Positions 14,431-33,490 of a stretch of 64,000 nucleotides of DNA are shown here, one piece after another. Location of the stretch: the NCBI RefSeq assembly GCF_009914755.1, contig NC_060932.1. One strand, given 5' to 3'. The position numbers and the translations under genes were made by a program. The first letter of the stretch is position 1. Each line of letters opens with the position of its first letter. The notes beneath the pieces were generated by a model. The model was not told the DNA's origin. It was given only the letters and a program-made list of their open reading frames with translations, and made no database searches. The DNA comes from the human T2T-CHM13v2.0 reference genome, Homo sapiens.

Positions 14431-15446
14431 TCATGTAAATATGAACTAAACTAAACTGAATATCATTTTCAACCTTTGAATTTGACAAAAATCCATATAT
14501 TTGGCAGCACATCCTATCAGTAAGACTGTAGAGAAATCAGCATACTCACAAACGTCTGCTGAAAATGCAAATAGTTTCCATTCTCATCATCAGCTATCAG
14601 GAACATCTGTTGGCATCAGAGTATTGAGTAGCAGCAATGAATGTGAGAGGAAAATTAAATGACAACTTCAAATTTCTGAGAGAATTAATTTCTCACCAAG
14701 TATTCCATATCTAGCCAAACAATTATCAACATTTCCAAAGAAGCAAAGACCCGAAAAGTTAACCTCCAATGAACCATTTCTGAAAAAATTACTTCAGGTG
14801 TTATTCCAGCAAAATGAAAATGGAATCCAAGAATGAACACGAATATAACATGAATAACTTTCTTTTTAAGTGGCGTTTACAAAACATACAGTTTGAATAG
14901 GACACTAAGGCTTTTTTCTTCTCTTCCTTGAACATGACAGTCAAAAAAAAAGAAAAAAGCAATAGAGTACCCAGTAAAACAAAAGCTATCCAAGAAAGTC
15001 ATGGGTCTGTATGAGGCAAATTAAAATGTAGACTGATAATGAGTAGTTGCTCAAGGGGAAAAAGATTCCATTTGATTTTGATGCTTACGATATTTTTTTT
15101 TCCCAAGCAGTACAGTTTCAGTGATGTAGGATTGTTATTTTCTTTTCTACAGGCCTAAAACTCACTTGATTCTTCAGTGGTTAATATCTTCATCATCATT
15201 ATAGTGAAAGTCCCACTGATTAATGTTCAATTTTAGAATAAATCTATACACAACGCACATGAAAGGTTTAATTATAATTACAGAAAAGTAATCCTTAACA
15301 ATGTACAACTAATGATATCACAGACAGAAGCCAAACATAGAGGAGTCAGAGGGAAAATGGAGGAAAGTACAGGTACAATAACGTTCACATCTTATGTGTG
15401 GGCAATCAATAAAGAGTGCTGAAAGTCAATGTCAAAAGTTATATAA

Positions 15447-15911
<465 letters not shown>

Positions 15912-15992
15912 TTAAAGAAGTAAGGAAGTGTCAAGGGGCAAGAGAAGGGAGGCAGGTGTGTTAAGTTCAGAGATTCAATAGATACTTTTTAA

Positions 15993-17582
<1,590 letters not shown>

Positions 17583-17760
17583 AGAAAGTCAATATATATT
17601 TTTTTAAGCTGATGAATTAAGAAATAGAGATATAGAAGCAAGTTATCTAGCATTTCATGTCAAATAAGCCAAAGAACTAGATAATAGAAGCAGTCAAAAT
17701 TATTGGAGGTGAATTCACTTTTTACTTTATATCTCTGTGCTACTATTATTTTTTTAGTAA

Positions 17761-18400
17761 GTATGGGAGACAGAATAACGGTTCCAAAGATGTCCATGTC
17801 CTAGTCCTAGGAACCCATAAATATGTCACCTTACATAGTAAAAGAGATTTTGTGGATGTGATTAGGCTAAGATTGTGAGATGGGGAGATTATCCTAGAGT
17901 CTCTGGATGGGCTCAATGCAATTACAAGGGTCCTTACAAGAGGGAGGCAGGAACGTGAGAGTCAAAGAGGAGATGAGACAATGGAAGCAGATTGAAGTGA
18001 TGCACTTTGAAGATGGAGGAAAAGGCCATGAGCCAAGGAATTTGGGTAACTTCTAGAAGCTGGAAAAGGTATGAAAATGATTCTCCCATAAAGACTCCAG
18101 AAAAAACAAAGCTTTGCCAACATTTTGATTTTATCCCTAAAGACTCATTTTGGACACCTGACCTCCACAACTTCAAGATAATAAATTTGCATGGCATGGC
18201 AGCTCATGCCTAAATCTCAGCTACATGGGAGGCTGAAGCAGGAGAATTGCCTGAATCCAGAAGTTCAAGGTTGCAGTGAGCCATGATTGCACCACTGTAC
18301 TCCAGCCTGGGTGACAGAGTTCCCATCTTTAAAAGTTAATAATAAAAATAATATTTTAAGACAATAAATTTATGTTGTTTGAAGCCACTAAATTTGTGGG
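17761..18400. mobile_element. MLT1D-like MaLR LTR interrupted by an Alu monomer (18190-18345)
   Basis: CAAAGATGTCCATGTCCTA..GAGATTATCCT..GGAGGCAGGA..TTGAAGATGGAGGAA..AAGCCACTAAATTTGTGG. Confidence 0.78.
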
Positions 18401-18816
18401 AAATGGAATGGAGTCCTACTCTTTTTCCTTGGTGAAGGTAGGAAGGGGCATATTTTCATTTTATATGTATTAGCTTAAAAAGCTTTAACCAGCCAGCAAA
18501 ACTTCAGGACTATCCCTTATGTCCCTGAAGGCCCAAATACTAAATTATCAGACACAGTTCTGTCCTGAAAGACTTCAACATAGAAGAATTTTTTGCCATC
18601 CTACCCACCTGCAGCTGACCTAGGAAGCAAAGCAATGTCCTTATAGAAGGAGAGCTCTGAGAAGTCTAGACCCTGCTCCAGGGTGGCAGAGGCTAGCCCT
18701 CCCACCTGACCCTGTCGTGGCCATCCATTATGAAATTGATGTCACCATCAGTCAGAGAGATTGCTAAGAGGTCACAGGACATTGCCTAGGAAATCCAGGA
18801 CATGGCACTATTTTAG

Positions 18817-19253
<437 letters not shown>

Positions 19254-19678
19254 TATGTAATGATTTTGAAGGCACTACAACTCTTGGTCTGACTAGTGGC
19301 CATTTATAAAGGCACCCTCACCCCTAGCCTTCTCACTTTTTATCACAACTACATCCTTGGTGGTCTTAGCTCAGGAAATCTGGTTGGTATAACTCAAGTG
19401 AAATACAATCTTTCTCCCACGGAAAAAGGAAAAGAAAGTGACCAGGGCAGGTGAGGAGCTCAATTGGGAGCTCTGAAATGTAGCATAGAGGAGTTAAGGG
19501 GGAACTAAAATAGTGCATTGCAGCTCCTTTTACAAAATTTCTCCATCAAAACCCTCAACACACTCAAAAGGGTTTGCATTTTATCCAACATCCTGAGGTG
19601 TTGATGTTTCTCCTGTACCTCCCAAGTCTCTCCTGAAACAGCATTCTTTTTTTTTTTTTCAGCCAATGGAATTGTTCT

Positions 19679-19816
19679 CCCAGCTACTCAGGAGGCTGAG
19701 GCAGGAGAATGGCGTGAACCCGGAAGGCAGAGCTTGCAGTAAGCCGAGATCGAACCACTGCACTCCAGCCTGGGCGACAGAGCGAGACTCTGTATCAAAA
19801 AAAAAAAAAAAAAAAA
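19679..19816 (+). mobile_element. AluY 3' fragment
   Basis: GAATGGCGTGAACCCGG..AGCTTGCAG diagnostic positions plus A-tail. Confidence 0.85.
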
Positions 19817-20210
19817 TAGAATGAGTAGATTTTTCACTGCTTTGGTTCATGGAAGGAATATTCATTTTTAGGGGGAAAAAACCCAACTTAATGAATAAGT
19901 ACTGGGACAAACACAAAATTTAATCAACAGAACATATACAAGCAAAAAAGGACTCAATTTAAGGACAAAGAGTTCTCTTTTAAGAGATTATTATTGCGTG
20001 GTTGATCCATGGTATACTACAGCAAGATGAAAAGACAGTGTGACATCAGTATAAATCCATCATTTGAGCCCATTCTCCCAATGAAGACACTGACACCATG
20101 AAACCCAACAACTGGCCCCAGGCCTGTCAGGTAGTAAGTGGCAGAGCCAGGAACTGAATCCAGATGTCCTGATTCCAAGCCCTGGGCTTCCTTCCTGGTC
20201 AAGCTGCCTA

Positions 20211-20505
<295 letters not shown>

Positions 20506-20587
20506 TTATTAATCAAAGCAAGCCACATATCAACAACATATGATATATACTTCTCTTACTGGGATGGTAGTGAGTCATTACAGGCAA

Positions 20588-20808
20588 TACCAGCCTGGGC
20601 AACATAGTGAAACCCCCTCTCTACAAAAAATAAAACATTAGCCAGGCTTGGCGATACATGCCTGTAGTCCCAGCTACTCAGATGGCTGAAGCAGGAGGAT
20701 CACTTGAGTCCAGGAGGTTGAGGCTGCAGTGAGTAGCAAACACGCTACTGCACTCAGCCTTGGTGATAGAGTGAGACACTTTCTCAAAAAAGAAAGAAAG
20801 AAAGAAAT
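20588..20808 (+). mobile_element. Alu partial (J-like)
   Basis: End of left arm, right arm and (GAAA)n tail. Confidence 0.82.
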
Positions 20809-21169
20809 TGGGGGAAATAAACGAATACAATCCATACAACCTCTTCCCTCTCTCCCTTTAGCTTAGCAGTGGTAGCAGCTGGTTATTATCTCTAGGTGAA
20901 CTTGCTGTTCTGTTCGGCTTTTCCATCCTCTGAGTACACAGTCCCTGCACTGGCATCTCTCTGTTTAAATGCTCAAGTGGTTTCTGTTTCTTAGTTAAGC
21001 CAATAATCTCTACCTCATCAAGTTTTGGACCCTTTCTATGTTTTAGGATATGCTAGACACAGAAAATAATGTGTGCTGTGGATTTTTAAAAAGTAGTGTA
21101 AGTAAAAATAGCGTGTGAGAAATAATTATGAAGATGATCTTATATCGGTTGGGATTTGGTTCCATTCTG

Positions 21170-21933
<764 letters not shown>

Positions 21934-22118
21934 CTAGACATGAATGACACAGGGGGCTGATTTGAAAACCCCCCAATCATTAGGGACTCAGATCATCACT
22001 TGGCTTCCACTTCATGTTCTAAGATGGACAGCAGCAATGACAAAGTGTTCTGGAACTTGGTAATTCAAGTGGCAGGCTTCTACTACCCCTCACCCCTCAA
22101 ATATATATATATTCCTCA

Positions 22119-22128
<10 letters not shown>

Positions 22129-22163
<35 letters not shown>

Positions 22164-22435
22164 TTTCGCTCTTGTTGCCCAGGCCGGAGTGCAATGGTGC
22201 AATCTCGTCTCACTGCAACCTCCGCCTCCCGTGACCAAGCCATTTTCCTGCCTCAGCCTCCCGAGTAGCTGGGATTACAGGGGCGTGCCACCACACCCGG
22301 CTGATTTGGTATTTTTAGTAAAGACAGGGTTACTCCATGTTGGCCAGGCTGGTCTCGAACTCCTGACCTCAGGTGATCTACCTGCCTTGGCCTCCCAAAG
22401 TGCTGGGACTACAGGCATGAGCCACTGCACCTGGC
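22129..22435 (-). mobile_element. AluSp/Sq-like element with (TA)n(GA)n tail
   Basis: GAGTTTCGCTCTTGTTGCCCAGG; TSD TTC(C/T)TCAAATAT. Confidence 0.88.
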
Positions 22436-22955
22436 TTCTTCAAATATTTTGAAAGGGGGTAATTAACTGCCTGGATTAACCTTTTCTGTTTTTTATTTTT
22501 CCTTAAAAAAATATGGAAACACATATCATTTCAATAGCCAGAGCTCAGCACATTCTAGCCACACGGGAAGCGGGGAAGTACTAGTCTTTATTCTTGACAG
22601 CTTTGTGTCCAGCTAAAAAACGGGATTTCTGTTACTAAGGAAGGAGGGAGGAGAATGGACATTCAGGAAAAACTAGCAATCTCTGGCACACCCCACAAAT
22701 GTTCTCATTAATTAATAAATCTTGAGTAACCACTTTGTATTTACGGTAGCCGTAAACCCCAGGGAAGACACAGGACTTTTTGCATTAGGATTGAGAGGGG
22801 AGAATTATCCTTCTGATTCCTTAGAGAGATCTGATAAAGAAACTTGCACAGAGTTATGAAGAGAAAGGAAGCAGCTATTAATAAAAGACAAGTAGAATAA
22901 AAAATGTATTAGAAATGCTATGCAATGATAATCACTAAAACTAATATAGACACTA

Positions 22956-24830
<1,875 letters not shown>

Positions 24831-24919
24831 CCACTTATTTTTAAGTTTACAGTTATTCTCATTGAATCCTTACCAAACATGTGTAAAGTCTTTATTATCA
24901 TCCTCATTTAACAAATGGA

Positions 24920-25274
<355 letters not shown>

Positions 25275-25499
25275 TCAGGACTAAAATTAAAGTCTTCAGA
25301 GTCCAGAGTTCAGAACCTGTGCCCTTTCCTCCCCATCATTAGGCCTCCCTTCAGGCAGTTTGGCAGAGCACATACCCCCACGCTGGAAGTGAGTGGTTCC
25401 TACAAAGTCGCTGGGTGAGATATAACGATGCTGGAGATATGAGCTATGTGACATGGTTGGAACATTGGAAAAAAGATCCACCCCTTTGTGGCAAGATAG

Positions 25500-26200
25500 T
25501 CTGCTAAAGTCTGAATGTTGGTGTCCCCACTCCCTGCGAAAATTCGTAAGCTGGAACTTAATTCCCAATGGGATAACATTAAGAGGTGGAGCCTCTGGGA
25601 GATGGTTGAGTCTTGAGGGCTCCACTCCCATGAATGACATTTGTGTCCTTATAAAAGAGGCTCAAGGAAGTTTCCTGGGCCTTTCTGCCATGTGAGGATG
25701 CTCACAGCAAGAAGGCACCATTTTTGAAGCAATCACCCAGATGCTGAACCTGCGGGAGCCTTATCTCCACTTCTCAACCTCCAGACCTGTGAGCAATACA
25801 TTTCTATTGTTTATATCAATAATTTCCCAGTTTAAGGTACTTTGTTTTTTTCTGTTTGCTTGTTTGTTTGTATATTGAGACAGGGCCTCACTCTGTTGCC
25901 CAGCCTGAAGTACAGTGGTGCAATCACGGCTGACTGCAGGCTTGACCTCCTGGGTGTAAGCCATCCTTCCACCTCAGCCTCAGCTGGGATTACAGGTGCA
26001 TGCCACCACACCCAACTATTTTTTTTTTTGTATTTTTTGTAGAGACAGGATCTTACTGTTTTGCCCAGGCTGGTTTCGAACTCCTGGGCCCAAGCAATCC
26101 TCCTGCCTCAGCCTCTTGCCTCAGCCACGTGGGATTACAGGTGTGAGCCACCACGCCAAGCCTAAGGTATTTTGTTACAGCAGCAGAAACAGATCAAGAC
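25500..26200. mobile_element. MST-like MaLR LTR interrupted by an antisense AluJ (25842-26162)
   Basis: TCTGAATGTTGGTGTCCCC..CTTTCTGCCATGTGAGGA..TTTGTTACAGCAGCA; Alu TSD TAAGGTA(C/T)TTTGTT. Confidence 0.78.
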
Positions 26201-26444
26201 GTTGCCTTTCTATAAACCAGAGGTCATGCTAAAAGCCAAACTCTTTTTCCTAAGTGAGATGTACAAGTGTTCAGGTGATGTGAGCCAAGAATTCTCCCAC
26301 GCAAGCTGCTTCCTGAGATATTTAGCCTGCTACTGCCCAGCACCAACTTTTTGCCTCAGTTTTCATACATTCTCCCTAGACTGCTATACTTCCAGTTACC
26401 ATGGCAGTTTTGATTTTCAAAAAGTAAAAGCAAAAACCCATATT

Positions 26445-27172
26445 CATCTCAATATTATTCACAATAACGAAGAGGTGGGAGCAACTCAAATGTCCATCAA
26501 CAGATGAATGGATAAACAAAATGTGGTATATCTATACAATTGTATATTATGCATCTTAAAAAGGAAGAGAATCATATCTCACTACAACATAGATGAACCT
26601 CAAGAGTATTAGGCCAAACAAAATAAGCTACACACAAAAGGACAAATCTCATATGCTTTCACTTAATATGAAGTATCTAGAGTAGTCAAAATCATAGAAA
26701 CAGAAAGTTAAAAGATGATTAACGAGGGCTGTGGAAAGGGGGAGGAAGAATTAGGTTTAATGAGTATAGAGTTTCTATTGCATAAGATGAAAAAGTTTTA
26801 GAGATCTGTTATACAACCATGTGAATATAATAAACACTATTTAACTATAAGATGTTACGATTTTTGCCACAATTTATTTATTTATTTATTTAGAGACAGG
26901 GTCTCGCCCTGTCATCCAGGCTGGAGTGCGCTGGGACAATCTTGGCTCACTGCAGCCTCAGTCTCCTGGGATTAAGAGATCCTCCTGCCTCAGCCCCACT
27001 GAGTAGCTGGGCCTACGGGTGTGCAACATCATGCCCTGCTAATTTTGATAGTTTTGTAGAGATAAGGTTTCACCATGTTGCGCAGGCTGGTCTTGAACTC
27101 CAAGACTTAGCTATCCTTTTGCCTCGGCCTCCCAAAGCGCTGGGATTACAGGCATGAGCCACCACGCCTGGC
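26445..27172. mobile_element. L1MA 3' end (+, 26445-26872) and AluJ (-, 26873-27172)
   Basis: AAATGTCCATCAACAGATGAATGGATAAACAAAATGTGG; antisense Alu with (TTTA)n tail. Confidence 0.82.
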
Positions 27173-28224
27173 TGTGAAAATTTTTAAAAAGGAAAAAAAG
27201 TTACAACATATCACACACACACACACAAACACACACACACAAACACACACACACATGTATGAAGTAGGGTTTTCCAGGCAAGAGGTAGGATGCTGGCCCA
27301 GCAATCAATTGCACAGCTTATTGTTACAGCTTACAGCTACAGCTCAGCTGTAACTAGGTAATTGGGCTGTGGTTCTTGGGTTCAGATTGAAACTCAGCAA
27401 CCCAGGTTTCTAACTATTTACAGCTGGATTGAATCAAGTGCTGTCAATGGTAAATCCGTGGAGGAGAAGAAAGGGAAAGGATATGAGGCAGATTTTTGAC
27501 TACTCATAGCATGCAACGACAATGTTTTCCACAGCAAAGACGCTGGATAAATCTTTATTCAACTGAACTGACTGGACCCTAATGGTATCTGGTGTTGACT
27601 CACTTGCCTTCAGAGATGTTCTCCTAAGAAACAACACACATTGCCGTGGCGTCCCCAACCACTTGCCTCAAATCTGCCAGAACAAGGAAAGATTCCAACT
27701 ATTTGAACTGCATCTCCACTTCTACTCTTCCAATAACTGACTCCTGGGTACACTTTCCTGATTTTGCTGCTCTTTTCCACTTGGATTTATTAACCTGCCT
27801 ATGTCTCCCTCCTGGTTTTGCCCCTCTGCCCTACTGGACTCCAGCTATTGCTGTATTTTTCCATCTGCTTCATCCCCTCTCCGTTTTGTGCTTTCAATTC
27901 TTGGACACAAAATATCACATTTAGCAACAAACCGTTAGACTCATTAGAACATGGTGCTAAGAGTTCTTAGCATGTGCATACAATAACCAAAAAATGTCTT
28001 ATAGCAAGCCGTGTACATTATACCAAATAAGGACCGATAAGCCATTCTTGTCACCCTGATAGAAATACAATGTTTGTACCATCCTCAGTCTAAGGGAGTG
28101 CCTTTCAGGGGAAATCTAATTCATCTTCTCACTTCTAAACTAGGTTACTCTGAAAATATAGGAGTAAAAGTTATTAGTGTCCATTATGCAATGCAAATTA
28201 GCATGAAGGAACATAAAGGCCTAA

Positions 28225-28731
<507 letters not shown>

Positions 28732-29190
28732 TAAAAGACCACCCCAAATAACCTGCAGAACCTTTGTTGGGTCTAGTAATGTTTCCTAATAATCCATTCC
28801 ACTAGATTAATCCTTTTGAATATAGAAAACTGAGGCTGAAGTGATAAAAACATAAATTTCCTGTAAGATCTCCAAAAAGGGAGATCTCAATGAAAAGTAA
28901 CATAGCATGAAAGGCAGAGATTGTATTCTGACTGGACATACCGAATTCTGATCTGCCAGCCTCCCTGGCTCTGCCACTCACCAGCTCCCTGTCCTGGGGT
29001 AAGTTATTTAGCAACTCTCAAGCTCTCTTCTGTTCACATATATAATGGGGACAAAAATGCTACCTACCTGGTAGAGTTGTTATGACATCTAAATGAGAGG
29101 ATTTATGTAAAGCTCTTGGCACCATAATTCTTAGCACGCAGTAAGATTTGGATAAGTGGAAATAGTGAAAGCAACATAAAACTCATGGTT

Positions 29191-29290
29191 CCCGCCATGA
29201 GGGGGCAGGTTTTAAAAGAATACTGAATATTCAGAGCAACCAGCTATTAGATAGCTGCACTTTGTATCTACAACAGCAGGTGGCACTAGC
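29191..29290 (+). promoter_or_regulatory. Two candidate tandem CTCF motifs
   Basis: GCCATGAGGGGGCAGG (29194-29209) and CAACAGCAGGTGGCACTAG (29271-29289); the latter has an upstream CTGCAC module. Confidence 0.5.
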
Positions 29291-29321
29291 ACCATATCTA
29301 TCTAGTTTTACCTTGAACCAA

Positions 29322-29646
29322 TTTTTTTTCTTTTTTTTTTTTTTTTTTTGAGACAGGGTCTCCTTCTGTTCCCTCTATTGCTCAGGCATCCAGTGGCACA
29401 ATCACGACTCTCAGCAGCCTCAGCCTCCTTGCGTTCAAGTGATCCTCCCACCTCAGCTTCCCAAGTAGCTGGGACCACAAGCACACATCACCATGCCTGG
29501 CTGATATGTAGTTGGGTTTGTTTGTTTGTTTGTTTGTTTGTTTTTAAAGATGGGGTCTTGCTATGTTGCCCAGGCTGGCCTCGAACTCCTGGGCTCAGGC
29601 GATCCTCCTGCCTCAGCCTCTCAAAGTGCTGGGATTATAGGCGTGG
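29322..29646 (-). mobile_element. AluJ
   Basis: Antisense dimer with (TTTG)n linker. Confidence 0.85.
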
Positions 29647-30849
29647 TCTTAATTTTTTTTTTTAAGCTTTTTTTTTAGCTTTCTTTTTCAGGAAAAGCAG
29701 CACTTCTCCCTGATCTTTTTTAGTTTTTGTTATTCTTACATAGTTTCATAAGCTATTTTCAGTAGTATATGATACATTATTGCTATTTCAAAATGCATTG
29801 AATTGCCATGGACTGATTTCATGAAATTTTAAAATTTATTGAAGTTTTGTCTGATTTCTAATTCGTTTTTTTAAAATTAGATAGTGTTGTTCTACTATGG
29901 GCCACTGAAACAAGAATATTCCATGTCTGTGACCTTTTTTAAATCTGGAATGGTCAAGCAACCTTTTCTAGGATAGTACAGGTTATGCATTTGTTAGTAG
30001 GAATGTTCAAAAGACTTTGAGTATCGTGACGGGAAAACTACCAATGTCTCTGAAATCACTCCTAAATTGCTTGATGGATATGCTTATGGTTAATTTAGCA
30101 GCAATTGTAATTATATTTTCCAATTATATTTTTGTTGCTCTCACAAGTATCTTCATATATTTAATTTCATACGCTGCTGCCTTTACAACTGATGATAGTT
30201 CATTCTCTAGGCCCGCTTGGGAAGCCACAGATTTTTACTGACTTGTGTGATCAGACTTGGACTATAACATGGCTTGGGATTCCCTTGTACCACAGGTTTG
30301 GAGACACTCTAGAAGATTGAACTCAGTCAATAGGGGTAAGACGCTCATTTTGAGTCAACTTCAGGCAAACACGGGCTCTGTGCGAAATATATTTGTGCAA
30401 ACACCACCACTAAAGTCTCCATTGCAACCAGACTTCTGTGGTTAGTGCAGAAAGGATAATGTTGACAGAGACCGCAACACCATGCCAACCACAGGGGCAG
30501 GGCTGTCAGCTGCCACTGGGCTGGGAGGTGAACTGTGAGGTCCTCCAAATGCCTTTTATGGGGGCCTTGGCATCTGCCTTGCTGGAAGGGTTCAGTATGA
30601 CACCATGTAACCCACTGCAAAGACTGATTTCCACCCAGAGAGTACCCCAGTGACAAGCAGAAGAACAACAATCGGGTTGACCTATTTAAACTTTTCCGTA
30701 ACAAATTATTTGCAAGTTAGAGTCTCTTCTGTGTTTAAAGATGAATAAATTCAGAGAGGAAAACGGAATTTGCAGAATTGAAATATCATACATTACAATA
30801 ATAGCAAATTAGTAAATTTAATGAATCACATTAGTATATTTTATATATT

Positions 30850-31370
30850 ATGTTATATATTTCATATATAATGTATATTATATGTTATATATTTCCTATA
30901 TAACGTATATATGTTATATATTTCCTATATAACGTATATGTTATATATTTCCTATATAACGTATATGTTATATATTTCCTATATAACGTATATGTTATAT
31001 ATTTCCTATATAACGTATATTATATATTTCCTATATAACGTATATTATATATTTCCTATATAACGTATATTATATATTTCCTATATAACAGACAATATGT
31101 TATATATTTCCTATATAACAGACAATGTTATATATTTCCTATATAACAGACAATATGTTATATATTTCCTATATAACAGACAATATGTTATATATTTCCT
31201 ATATAACAGACAATATGTTATATATTTCCTATATAACAGACAATATGTTATATATTTCCTATATAACAGACAATATGTTATATATTTCCTATATAACAGA
31301 CAATATGTTATATATTTCCTATATAACAGACAATATGTTATATATTTCATATATAACATATAATATGTTA
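30850..31370. repeat. AT-rich minisatellite, 25-30-bp unit ATGTTATATATTTCCTATATAAC(GTAT/AGACAAT), about 18 copies
   Basis: 7 ACGTA-type units followed by 9 ACAGACAA-type units plus degenerate ends; directly visible. Confidence 0.95.
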
Positions 31371-31853
31371 TACGGTATGTTATATGGTATGTTATATGTT
31401 GTAATATATTATGTTTTATATAACATAATATATTATGTGTTATATATCATAATATATTATGTGTTATATATAACATAATATATATTTTATATAATTTATA
31501 TATAATTTGTATTATATATATTCATATAATTTATATTATATACATTTATATAATTTATATTATATATATTTATATATTATATAATATATAAATAAATATA
31601 TATTATATATATTTTATATAATAAATATATACTATATAAAATAAAATATGTATTTATATTATATATCATATATTATATATTATATATTTATAATATATAA
31701 TATATTTATATAATATATTATATATTATATAAATATATTATATAAATATATTATATAAATATATTATATATTATATATTATATATTTATATATAATATAT
31801 AATATATATAATGTATTATATATAATATTTTTTTATAATATATTATATATATA
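31371..31853. repeat. (TA)-rich low-complexity tract
   Basis: Almost entirely A/T. Confidence 0.9.
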
Positions 31854-31928
31854 GCCTGAGAAGTCCCTTTACATGTACTTCAAAACAAGAGAAAAAATTT
31901 AAACATGATACAATTCTGATTTATTCAA

Positions 31929-32292
<364 letters not shown>

Positions 32293-32683
32293 CTACTAGC
32301 GAATTATGTCATGAGCAAATATTGACAATTAATGTCTCTTATTTCCTTGCATGGGATAGAGCAACCTCTGGATACTGCTTTCACTATGCTGTGATAGGAC
32401 ATTCTTCTCTTATTTCTGATTAATAGGAATTCATGGCAATTCACGTTTAAGTGTGATGCTGGCTGCTTGTTTCTATTAGTAATATATACTCTATCATGTT
32501 TAGGAGGTATAGCCTGTTCTTAGTTTACTAAGGGTTTGGATCAAGAATGAGTGTTTTCAAATCCCTTTTACGTATCAATCCAGATAATCATTTGGCTTTT
32601 CTCTACTGACCTTTTGATGAAATGAATTCTATTGATAAGTTTCCTATTATTGAACTTCTCTTGTACTTTAAGAATAAAACTTA

Positions 32684-33010
<327 letters not shown>

Positions 33011-33179
33011 TCATTCTTTTCATGCAGAACAATATGAGATTCACTAATATTTTCTTTACTTTTGCATCTCTGTTTATAGCTGAATTTGTATTACATTTAT
33101 ACAAATACATGTTTATATTTTCGGCTCCATATTTTAGCATTCTTTACTGCCAGGGTTAGGCTAGTTTCATAAAACAAAC

Positions 33180-33490
33180 TTTTCTTTTCCTTTTTTTTTT
33201 TTTTGAATCAGAGCCTCACTTCATTACCCAAGCTGGAGTGTAGTAATGTGGATCTCGTCTCACTGCAAACTCCGTCTCCTGGGTTCAAGTGATTCTCGTG
33301 CCTCAGCCTCCCAAGTAGCTGGAATTACAAGCGCATGCCACCACACCCAGCTAATTTTTTTTGTATTTTCAGCAGAAACAGGGTTTTGCTATGTTGTCCA
33401 TGCTGGTCTTGAACTCCTGACCTAAAATGATCCACCCACATAGGCCTCCCAAAGTGCTGGGATTACAGATGTGAGTCACCACGCCCGTCC
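33180..33490 (-). mobile_element. AluS
   Basis: Antisense dimer. Confidence 0.88.

Noticed and set aside
29700-30250. Possible second pseudogene in AT-rich unique-looking DNA
   Set aside because: The minus strand only faintly resembles ancient L1 endonuclease-region sequence, with many stops and no recognisable cellular protein.
31097-31478. Repetitive ORFs (MLYISYITDN)n and CRISPR-like palindromic repeats
   Set aside because: Head-to-tail 30-bp minisatellite with no unique spacers and no cas genes; the ORFs arise only because the unit is a multiple of 3.
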